NCBI GenBank assembly: GCA_050230475.1
Contig: JBFLGF010000112.1
Location: 62,001-87,234, forward strand
Reading direction: 5' to 3'
Source of the DNA: Ancylonema sp.
Lineage: Eukaryota
Length of the DNA: 25,234 bases
The translations under genes were made by a program, and so were the position numbers. This document shows, piece by piece, positions 11,945 to 23,300 of this stretch; position 1 is the first letter of the stretch, and the number at the start of each line of letters is the position of its first letter. The notes under the pieces were generated by a model, which had not been told where the DNA came from, searched no databases, and saw nothing but the letters and a program-made list of their open reading frames with translations.

Positions 11945-12054
11945 CGACGGTGCCGGGGATTGAACCCGGATCTTCCGCGAACTATCGCGTCATCCCGATG
12001 ATACCGGGCGCCTGAATTGACAGGCGGAGATACTAACCATTATACTACACCGCC
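11945..12054 (-). tRNA. tRNA-Asp(GTC) with a 38-nt intron at canonical position 37/38 (intron 11980..12017)
   Basis: The minus strand reads GGCGGTGTAGTATAATGGTTAGTATCTCCGCCTGTCA[intron]CGCGGAAGATCCGGGTTCAATCCCCGGCACCGTCG. Acceptor stem GGCGGTG/CACCGTC, anticodon stem TCCGC/GCGGA with loop CT-GTC-AC, T arm CCGGG-TTCAATC-CCCGG, discriminator G. The mature length is 72 nt. Confidence 0.95.
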
Positions 12055-14863
12055 TCATGTCAGCATTAACGAATTATAAATATCTGTACTATTATAATTA
12101 AGGGTGTAATTATTTTGGTTTTGATTTCGATTAACAGGTTCAGAATTATTCGTTTCACTTGTGGGTGATCTCCCTTCTGTACGATTCCGGTTTTCGATTG
12201 CATTTTGATGAGTCGTTATATTCAGTCCATACGTCACGTATTTGATGTGTTATGTTCTGTTCACACCTACCTGACGCGGACCCTGAGACAGTCGCTGTAA
12301 ATCCTGTCTATGTCGATCAGTTGACCCCTAGATTCTTTGCCTGTAGAATTGCTCTATTCTGCACTCTGAAATGCATCACAATCGTCCTCCTCCTACATGT
12401 CAGTGCTCGAAATAATATATTTATGTATAATTCTTTTGCATACCCTCGCAGACCTTCCATCCCGTTGCACCTTTGATTTAAACTGGGCTTCAACTCAGCA
12501 CTTTGTAGCCATCAGGATTTGTGTTGGCATGAAAGAAAGTGTCTTTTCCGAGACGTTTCTTGATTTTTTTTTGGCCCACTGAAATCGTTATCCATACCTT
12601 TATCAGTAATACCTGGACTTGTAACGGAATGCTCGTAAATGAAAAGGAGGCAAGAATCTCCGGAGTACCGTATAATTATGATGTATCTCATGTTTTGGTA
12701 TCGTATCTCAATCGTGTGATCACCATTCCTTTAACCTCAGCTCTTCAGGCCGTAAGAGGTCAAGAGCCTCGCTAAAGGGAGAAAGTCTGGCGGTGTTGGC
12801 ACAGCCAGTCCTCCCTCGAGGTGTGTCCACTGTCCATCTTGGTTTGTTAACCCTCACATTGTGTACTTGACGTGACGGGATCCACACCAATCACGGTAAA
12901 CGTTTTACGTTGCTATACTATTCACTTGGATTCATATCCTTGCAGATGAACCACCTCGGCCATATCGTTTATTAGACGATCCAAGTGAGCATTCGCTACC
13001 TGCATTGTATTGCATTGTATTACTCCCTGTTGGTTGGAAGGATATCATCAAAATGGTATGTGGCCCTATGATACAATATCTAACCCGATATTATGATCTC
13101 GTCATATGCATAATTGTTGGGACGCACCACGTTTTTGGTGCAAAAAAATAGTCGATTCCGCGGGGCAGACTTGCCCCGGCAAATCATTCTCGTTCATGGC
13201 AGTGGCAAGCCACATCATAGGCACAAATAAATGGACATGCACGTCGTTAATTCCATAAGAGAGGCCACGAGGCGATTAATTGCCACGAGGCATCTGATTG
13301 ACACGCCAATCAGCCTAAGAGTCGAAAAGAACAAAAAAAAAGCACGAAATGTTCAACAACCCGAGGTCCCGAGCTCTTCGATCAAAATCTTGGATTTTCC
13401 ACTTTATTGACACATTAGTTCTCAAGGGCCCTAGCAAACGTGTGTGGTGGTGACATATGTCATCTAGTAGAGAATCGTGTCATGTATAACGACATATAAC
13501 GTGATTCTGTCACTTTTGAAATGTGATTTGTACAAATGGAATCGAGTTGTCGATTGAGTTTTGTCTGTCACTGAAAATTAACTGTAGGCGTAAGAACGTT
13601 CAGTTTCAATCAACGCCTTAGAGTGTAGAAGAAAGGGTGTGTATCTTTTGAAAGCCCGGCCAAGCAATGATAAACGCACCAAATTCAGACTTGCATTCAC
13701 AGCGTGAAACACAATCAAAATGGGGGTAAACACAATATGCACGAAGCTCACTTTCGGACGCGATGCGTTGGGTGAACTCAATCACTTACATATAGTCAAT
13801 TTGGAGGTCAAATCGACATTACAGAACAAATCGATGATCATTCTAAACCAATCGCATCGCGTCAATCTGTTTACAAGTTTTTTGGTTTTCACCCACATGT
13901 CTAAGATAAACGGAGATCTACGCTTAGATGAAGCCTGAAGTTGTCTTCGGTAGTGCTAAAGTACGTGACGTGGATTTTTGATAAGTACAGTTAAACTCAT
14001 CAGATCTAGTTTGTGTATTAGCTGTTGTGTTGTTTGGTCGTACAAGACCTGACACGAATCAATCCATCGCAATGATGTCTTATGTACAAACCTAATGGCT
14101 CCACACAAGTTGGTGTGTTAAAACTTGGCCATATTGGAGTACTAAATATATTAAAAGAATCCGAGGTATTTCATAGATTATAGTTGTAGGGTTAATGCCT
14201 TTGTCTTTAGGCCATATACCTTGTTCCCGTGTTCCTTTTGTGATTGAATTATGCATCATACTATTTGGAAGTAAAAATATAATATTATGCATAAAAATTA
14301 CCTTAAGCTTCGACTCAACATATATCACATATATCAAATTTGCATGTTCTAATGGTGTCAAGAGTTCGAGCTATAGACTCCAACACACAACACAACACAC
14401 ATGTCTTGCACGTATATCGTATGACGTTATAGATGCAATCGTGATGCAATACACACAAATAAAAAACGATAATTACTCACACATCGGAATGAGGTTATCT
14501 GATCGCATTGACGCGCACAATCTTATTACACACATGACATCAGGAGATCAGATAATGGCCAGATTCTCAAATGCAATACGCATATACCATTTTAACTTTT
14601 GCGTGGTGATATGCCACAATACGCTCAAAAAGTATGCCTCGTGTGGCGTAACAAGTTTTCCTCTCCACTCCATGTTGAGACTCCTCATTACAGGTACACA
14701 TGGATCACGAATGGTATCACCGCGTTCACCATCCTACTAAACAACTCGGATCTTCATCTTCATAAGTAAATAGTCGAGTTACAAATGTACAGAGTGTGAG
14801 GTACGGTACAGTTGCATTCCCAAAAAGCTTGCGGTCGTCAACACAAGACTCCAAAAATATTTG

Positions 14864-17800
14864 CTACCTGTGCATGCCGCCATCATCCCCTAGCCCCCTA
14901 TCTCCTCCACCCACCGACCCCCCCTCCCCTTCTCCCACACCCTCTGCTCCCCTCCCTTCCCCCCCTACCCCCCTCCTTGAAGTCAAATCCGTTGCCTCAT
15001 CTGCCCCTTCGCGTTCAGAGTGAGGTATCAACGGCTCAGATGTGTTGGAGGATGGAGGTGGTGCTTGTCTGGCCCCCCCCTCCACGCCACCTGGCGTCCC
15101 CCATTCGACCCTCCACAGCCTTTCCAAGAAGCTTCTCACCCCCCCCCCATCCCCCGCATCCCCCCCATCCCCCCTCCTCCCCCCACCCGCTGTTCCACCC
15201 TCTCCCCCCCTGTCATTCGTCTCCAGACCGTCCTCTGAGGCCTCCTCCGCCCTCACCACCTCGAAGGTGGTGGTGTGGGTGGTCACCACAAAGGTGCGGA
15301 CCAGAGGTGTGCCTGTAGAGGGGTCGGGGGGGGGGGCAGCAGTGCCGGCCAGGGCGGAGAGGAGGTGGAGGGTGGAGGCGGTGCCAGGTGGCATCACCAC
15401 GGTGCCTGGGACGCGGTGCAGCGCTGATTGGAGGGCGGGGATCTGCACAGGAGGGGGGGGAGACACAAGTTTCCAATCCAAAAAAACCCAAAAAAACCCC
15501 AAAAACAACCCAAAAAAAATTCCCCGAAATGACATGAGAGGGGGAGGGAGCGCTGACCTCATGTCGGTTCCAGAAGTAGAGGATGATGTGCTGCAGGAAG
15601 GCGGCCGTCGTAAAAAACGCGAGGTAAGAAAAACCTGGCGGCACGGGGGGGCGACCTCAGTGAGTGGGCTGGAGGAAATAAAAACATACAAAACATGACA
15701 ACTAGGATGCTGGCACTGATTGCGTGAAATGATGGTCACACCACACCACAACCAGGAGTCCAAAATAACATCCCTTCCTTCCTCCCTTCCTTCTCCTCCA
15801 TCCCTCCTGCCTCAAACCCAGTTTTAGAGTATGTGAGACCTGTGTTGTAGGAGAAGAAGTAGATGTGGAAGGCCATGAGGTAGAGGAAGAAGAAGCGCGG
15901 GAAGTAGAGCATAGACACCATGGTCTGCACGCTGATGAGGGCAAACACTTCGCAGAGCCACACGAGGGAGAGCAGCAGGAAGGCCAGGAGCTGGTCGGAA
16001 AAGAACTCGAATAGGAAGAACAGGATGCCGATCATGATCTGCACACGCACACATACATATAGACACATAGATATAAACATGCATACATAAATGGATATGT
16101 ATATATATATATTTATATACATATATGTATATACATATATGTATATATACATATATATATATATGTATATATATACATATATGCATATATATATACATAC
16201 ATACATATACGTATACATGTATACATATATGCATATACATACATATATATATATATGCATATATATATGCATACATACATATATGTTTATATGTATACAT
16301 AATTACATATATATATGCACATATATACACGCATACATACATATATGTATATATATCTACATATATTCATACGTATATGCATATGTATACATATATACAT
16401 ATATATATATATGCATATATATACATATGTGAATGTATGTATATACATGCATATATGAATGTTTATATATATGCATATATATATACATACATGCATATAT
16501 GTATATGTATGTATACATATATGCATATACATCTACAAATATATATATGCATATACGTATGCATATATATATATATATATATACATATATACATATGTAT
16601 ATGCATATATATATACATACATACATACAAACATATATGTATATATATATGCGAATGGTATGTTATCGGATGCCAACGTAAACCTTATTCGATTGCAAGA
16701 GCATGCGAGTGGAGAAGCTATAAATGTTGACGAGCGAGAAGATGAGATGTTGCGGAAAAAGGAGATGGCAAAGCAGGTGATAAAATGGGGCAAAGCTAGC
16801 AACAAACTACAGTAATTATGGTGAAAAAAAATGATTCATGGTACATGTGTACATGGTGTTGAGATTAGTATGGGGTTCACGGGATGCATGTATGGAATAT
16901 ACGCACATGAACCACGGGGTAAAGATGTGAAGTATAGGAAAAACAACACAACTCCTCCGTACTTCTATCCAGTTCCACGTGTGCTCCACGTCAGCAGTTG
17001 TACTTGACATGTGAATTTTAGATGGATGTATGGAACGCTGGACGTATGTATAACTATTTCGAAATACGTGGAAAGACCATGGGTTAAACATACAACTCCT
17101 TGGAAAAACACTTGCCTTTTTAGATTGTGTATGGGTGTAGACACACGTACGCACTGAAAACACATATCGAATGTTGTCGTGGATTCTATAGAGGAACGCG
17201 CGTTTGTTATGATCGAATGATGGGATCCCCACCCCCTTACAACGAAAACGTGTTTCGGTCTGAGGGGGGTTAGTAGGGGGGGGGGTTGGTTGTGTGTGTG
17301 TAGCTTTTCTCACAGGCACAAACACGAGGGACTCCAGCACATGCAGGGTGATGAGGCGGAAGGTGGGCAGTCGGTGCCTGGCGTGGTGCTGCAGGTGCAC
17401 TGTGAAGCGCAGCATGCGGGACTGCGTCTCTCTCAGCGTGTAGGACACGCTCATGGTGGAGGTGAACAGCACAAAGAGGGAGGTGGTGAGGACGCCCAGC
17501 TTGAACATCAGGTACTCCCCCACTTGCGGCTGTGGGCCTACGGGCTTGCTGGCTTGCGTCAGAGTGTACACCTCCTTGGTCTGCAGGTTGTACAAGTAGC
17601 CTGGGGGGAGGGGGGGCATCAGGATAACTTGCCAGCTGCTTGTTTTTTTCGTAAATATTATTGTTGAATTCATCATTACAGTGTTGATCGTTGATCGTTG
17701 ATTGTTGATCGTTGATCGTTGATCGTTGATCGTTGATCGTTGATCGTTGATCGTTGATCGTTGATCGTTGATCGTTGATCGTTGATCGTTCCTTGTTACT

Positions 17801-19600
17801 TGTTATCATCATCGTCGTCATTGTTGCCGCAACGATAGCTACATTTTGCGGGTCGCATTACAGTAGGGACAGATTTGTGGTGGAAGGGAGTGCTCACCCC
17901 TCTGCTGCGCCTGGAGCAAACTGTTCATGAGCACGGTATCGTACCCGACCAGGTTGGTGATCAGCAGCCTCTGCCAGCTGCTCCCATCCCACCCCCCACC
18001 CACCCGCTGTCAACCGATTAGAAGTCGTCCCAACACCCTCGTCCGCACGCAGGGAGGACACATAAACGGCTGTGTGGCAGAGGTGAGGCGGGACTGGGAC
18101 CACGTGTGCCAAGGTCGCATCTTACTGGCCCCCAAAGCAAGGGTTGGTGGCAGACAGGCTGATGTTGGTCTTAGTCACTGACTGCCGCAGCTTCGCTGAT
18201 TCCGGTAGCAGGAGGTAGCCCTGACGACATCCAGGCAACAGGAGGAGGAGGCAAGAGAGCGCGTATGAGGCAGTGGAGGAGGAGGAGAGAGGTGCGCGAG
18301 GCGGCGCTCACCTTTTCTTTCGCAAAGATGTACACAGGGCTGCCCAGCCCTTTGGTCATCCTCTCTACCTTCGCCTCTATCCCTGCCAGCCCCGGGAACG
18401 ACCTCCTGCCGTCCAGACTCGAGAAGTCGTCTTTCAGAACCTGCGACGTCCAGCGGCAGCGTGAGCGTGGAGGGCAGGGGAGCACTTGATGTTGTGGCAA
18501 GCATGCGAGCCTCCATTGCGTCTGCTCTCAACCTCTCAACCTCCCGAAATTGAGAATGAGGTGGGTGGCCATTCTTCACACTGAGGTGGAAGAAGAAGAA
18601 GAAGGAAAGGAGCGAGGTGGGAAGCGATTGGCGCACCAGTTCCTGCAGCAGAGTCCTCATCATCGCCTGCACGGTCTCCATTCGAATGACCACTCGCATC
18701 CACCACCAGGTCAAGTAATGGACGGCTGCGGGTGCCAGAGGTCCTCGTCCGAGAACTTGCACCCCCGTCGCAGACAGTAACTCGGCTTGGAAAACTTCCT
18801 CTGGAGGAATGGCGTCAGAACTGTCGGATACTTCTGCAGGTTTGTTCTTCGAAGGGCTCTCCTTTTGGGCTGTGAGGGTGGTTGAGCCCGAGGGAGGCGG
18901 AGAGTCCATGCTTCCCACGTCTTCCCTTCCGTCTCTCTCTTTGCCAACTATGCTGTCTTTGAGACCGGAAATCATCTTCCGATACTTCACTTGCTGCTCC
19001 CGAAGAACCGACAACTTATGTCTGAAGTCCAAAAAAACCTCGTCTGTGAAGTGATCCCAAAAGCCAGTCACCTGCACAGCCGATACAGCCCGTACAGCGG
19101 ACACCCTGAGCACGGGAATGGCAATAACAAGGCAACTGTGGCAGAGACAGACGATGTCAACAGCTTCTTCAAAAATAAATCTGCTTGCAGCACGGTCGCA
19201 CCTGTATTCTGACGACCTGTGCCTCGCCTATTTGTGCGGACGAAAATTCTGCAGCGCAAGCAGGCTGCATCCACGGCTTGATTGTAATCGGATTAGTTCA
19301 GAGAGTGAGGCAAAGGTTGATGGTTCAGTACTCGTACTCGTCAGGTGCCCGAAGCTGCTGCTTGTGCCTTTCGAGGTTCAACATTCAGATGACAAAGATT
19401 AGGGACCCTGTAAAATACGGTGTCTGCCACCTTACCTGCCCTACGAAGCTGACGTGCATGACCACCAACATAAGCAGAAGTGCGAATGCGTTGAAAAGAC
19501 ACAGGAATTCCAACGCCGTGCGAAACTTCGGGGTCAGAACTCGAGATAGTACTCCAGAAAGACGTGCATGAACTCGGAAGAAAGCGGCCTCCGTATCCAT
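14864..19600 (-). CDS. Membralin (TMEM259 family), 10 exons: 19436..19600, 19202..19264, 18637..19071, 18312..18440, 18126..18220, 17898..17977, 17314..17600, 15840..16038, 15558..15634, 14864..15442; about 702 aa
   Basis: All nine introns are GT-AG with consistent phases (2109 nt in total). Conserved blocks: [135 protein letters not shown]. An alternative in-frame ATG lies at 19615. The exon 3 donor and the low-complexity last exon are the least certain parts. Confidence 0.92.
16042..16651. repeat. TA/CA/TG alternating purine/pyrimidine microsatellite in membralin intron 7
   Basis: About 600 bp of alternating sequence abutting the 3' splice site at 16039. Confidence 0.95.
17683..17790. repeat. 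(GTTGATC)n 7-bp tandem array, about 15 units, in membralin intron 6
   Basis: Directly visible, with one variant unit (GTTGATT). Confidence 0.97.
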
Positions 19601-20355
19601 TGTTCTGGCAGGCATGTTTAAATATGTCTGGCAGCTAAAGCTTCGTCCCGAAACTTCCACCTCGGTTTTTTCGGCGCACTACATCTGGCAATTGAATCCC
19701 ACTAAATCAAAAGCCGTCGGCATCAAATATGCCAACACAACCACCGATCATATCTCATTAACCCTCCCACATATTGCCTCGGCCTCCCCGAGCCAGTCCA
19801 TTGCGGCAGTTGCATGATCTGCCTACTCACGGACTTCAACCATGCGACCAGACGACCTCTCGTTCAAGAGCAGCACGACACCTCAGTCCCGCCAAGAAAA
19901 TAACGCACAGCTTTTCGAACTCCGAACTTACATGTGTAACTCCCGGGCCGTGCCTGGTCTGACTGTTTTTACAACGGGGACGGATTCAGCGAATACAGAA
20001 CACACTTTATTTCCAAACTATAATTTCGGTTAACCGCTCAGAGTTTACAACAACTCCTTTATCCACTCCGAGTCACGCGCGAAGAATCGTTCGCCACGTA
20101 CCACACCCACGACAAGAGCAGCTGTGCCTGCAGACTAGATCCGTCCCCCTCATCCCTGATCACATCTTTTGGGTGGGGAGCAGCTTCTCCATGGTCTCTC
20201 CCCCAATTCGTTGAGGCCGCACCTCCGAATTCCCTGCATCCTGCCTCGAGCAAACGCAAATGCGCCTTCCGCTGTAGCAAGTGTCACCTGCGGCGCTGGC
20301 CCAGAGTCGGTAGACGACAGCCGCAGAGCCACACAGGTCCTCACAGTCAGGCGCA
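19601..20355. promoter_or_regulatory. Short divergent intergenic region (putative bidirectional promoter plus 5' UTRs) between membralin and AK5
   Basis: The two head-to-head start codons are separated by 755 bp. Confidence 0.55.
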
Positions 20356-23300
20356 ATGCAGTCTGTGGCAATATTCGCCCCTCTCACCGGATATCCACCA
20401 CTGGCAGTCAGTCGAGCGCGCGAGAATGTCGATGTTCGGAATTTCTCGACACCTCGACCGACCCAACTCCAGCCGCGAAGCAGGACCCGACCTGTCCGGA
20501 CTGATCGATCGCTACGTGTTCGCAGGAAATCTTCCTTCCCGAACCTCACAGCGACGCCCTCCAAATCAACCACGGTGCGCCATTGATCCCACCAATTCAC
20601 GTCTATCTGCAGCCTGTGTGGTGGCCATCACATAGTGGGCGAGCAGAAATGCGATCCAGCTCGTACGGTCGCACGAATTGGTGGTCCGTCGATCAAAACC
20701 GTCTTCTTATCCAATCAAACCCTTCCCTCGCCCCCCCCCACCCTCCAGTTGACCACCGCTCAGACCCCAGGCGCGCCCCCTTTGCATATAATGATTTCTG
20801 GAGCGCCTGCGTCGGGGAAGGGCACGCAGTGCGAAGAAATTGTCAAAAAAGTAAGTGGCAACTCCAGCCCCTAAGGGCAGAACACCTTCAAGCATGAGTC
20901 CGCGCGGGTGATTGGAGACATTCGCACGTGCGAGCAGTGGTGATTTCTCCGTCAGCAGTGATGTCGACGATCCAGGATGAGCTGGCATGTGTCCTCCTCC
21001 AGTCGAGGGATGTCGAGTTTCGGGTTTTGGGTTGCGGGCGGCAGTACGGCCTGACGCACATCTCTGCGGGCGATCTCCTCCGTGCTGAGGTGGCGGCCGG
21101 TACGGAGGACGGAAAAGCGGCCAAGCGGTTCATGGATTCGGGTAACCTGGTGCCCGACCGCGTGGTCGTCACGGTGAGGGGGAATGGAGGAAGAGGAAAA
21201 GGGGTGGTCATCATTGTTGTTTGTCGTTTTCTGTTTTTTGGTGTGCAACTGCGGCAGCATCGCTCTTTAACGGAGAGGGGTGGATTTGGAACAGCTGAAA
21301 AAGGATGTATCCCTGAAATGCGGGACCACACACTTACTCCCCTCTCATCTGTTCAGATTGTGTAGCAGCGGCTGGCTCAGCGCGACGCCCAGGAGTGCGG
21401 GTGGCTCCTGGACGGCTACCCGCGCAGCGCCTCCCAGGCGCAGGCCCTGGAGAAGGCAGGGATCCGCCCCCAGATCTTCATCCTGCTCGAGGTAAGGCCC
21501 ACCCTTCCGCACAGCTGCACTGCTCCACAGTTCTTCACAGCTCTCGTGCGAGTGCCGAGTGAATGAATTTCGAGGAGAAGTAAAAAAAAAGAATGCCAAA
21601 AAAACGCTACGAAAACCTCGAATCCGAATCGGGTCCCAAACGTCAGAGAGTACGGTTCCTACGTACACAGGCCGCCGCTGAGCTCCCATTCGTCCGCAGG
21701 TTCCAGATGAGATTCTGGTCGAGCGCGTGATTGGGCGGCGCCTCGACCCAGTGACCGGCAAGATCTACCACCTCACCTTCAGCCCCCCCGAGAATGCTGA
21801 GGTGGCAGCCAGGCTCACCACGCGCAGTGACGACACCGAGGAACAGGTGCCCCTGGCACACTGTGGGGGCAACGCCGCGGGGGGGTGTGCCACCCTGTTC
21901 CTGAACCCTAAACCCCAACCCCCCCTCTCCAGGTGAAGAACCGGCTGAAGACCCACAAGGACAACGTGAACGCGGTGCTGCACACGTACCGCGCCGAAAT
22001 GGCGCGCGTACGCTCCAGCACCCTGCAGCCCGCACTCGAATCAGAAATGGGAGTCACTCACCCTCCTGTCCTGTCATTGGTCCAGGTGGACGGTAACCGC
22101 CCCAAGGAGGCCGTGTTCGCCGACATTGACAGCCTGCTGGCGAGGGCAGGAGCGGAGGTGAAGGAGGTGAAGGAGGAGGAGGAGGAGGAGAAGGAGGAGG
22201 TTGGTCCTCTTGCTGTCGCCCGGTAGAACACGTCAGAGCGTCAGAGCGTTAGAGTGTCAGCGCGTCAGAGAGGACAGGAGAGGGGGGGGGGTGGCTGGGC
22301 AGTGTATATAGATATATTGGGGATGGGAGGGGGGATAGAAGGGGTAGAGTACCCCTTAGCAGTGGGTTTTGGTATCAAGTGTGAAGGGTGGTGGTGTTGA
22401 GGGAAGTTTCCGAAGAGAGTCCTGAAAGCCTTGTAGACAATGACTAAAATGAAAAGAAATGGAAGCAAGTGCTTTTGGTCACCTTTTGTGTTTACGCGTG
22501 CCTGTCCTTGTCTCAACTTCTCTCATGAGGTAGGTGCTGATTTGGGATGATGACATTCAATTATTGGATCTGATGACTTGACAGACTCTCTTTTTCTCCT
22601 GAATTCCTTCCATCACACCTCACCACATTGTGGTGTGGGTGGACCTCCCACCTATTCACCTATTCACCTATTCACCTATTCACCTATTCACCTATTCACC
22701 TATTCACCTATTCACCTATTCACCTATTCACCTATTCACCTATTCACCTATTCACCCATTCACCTATTCACCCATTCACCTATTCACCTATTCAACAAAT
22801 GGCGGAAAGCGTACCACCCTCCCCCCCCCCCCCCCCCTTGCCCTTCCAGATTCCCGAACTCTCTTTTTCTGAAAACGGAAGCGTGAGGACAGCACCACAA
22901 GATGTGAGCCCCCCCCCCCCTCCAAACGAATGTACCTCTGTATCCCCCATGCACGTTTGGATGGGAAGAAGAAAAGGAGAATCAATCGCTGAGGTGGCAC
23001 GAAACCCTCACCTCATCTCCCGCACCCTGCCACCTGTCGCCTCCTCCCAGTCCGCCACCTCCTGGGTGGGTGTGCCCACCCGCCTCAACTCCATTCCATC
23101 AGGGAGGGAGATCCGGCACTACTTCTACCGGGACGCCTGTCGGGCGGCAAAAAGCGCCGTGGAGGCCGGCAAAAAGCGGATAAAGGTGCGGCACAAATCC
23201 CCCCACCCACAGCAGCCAGGCGCCAGGTGGCACTCATTATTTTTGCCGTTTGTCCTCCGTCTCCTCGCAGATAGAGCTCCTCATTCCGGAACTGAACCCA

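Noticed and set aside
14195..14740. 181-aa ORF (also 4728..5102, 5299..5643, 10404..10787)
   Set aside because: No recognisable domain, transposase or RT motif, or coding-like composition. Consistent with chance ORFs in repeat-derived DNA.
14796..15698. Pro-rich plus-strand ORFs resembling extensins
   Set aside because: They are antisense to the Gly-rich last exons of membralin, and C-runs explain the proline content.
21363..21365. Genome-wide TAR-to-Gln reassignment (as in some ulvophycean algae) to explain the AK5 TAG
   Set aside because: It is the only internal TAR in about 1500 modelled codons. H1 ends in TAA and membralin in TAG at plausible positions.
22649..22794. CRISPR-like array or repeat proteins ([23 protein letters not shown] ORFs)
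   Set aside because: These are pure tandem repeats with no spacers and no cas genes, in introns or 3' flank of a eukaryotic locus.
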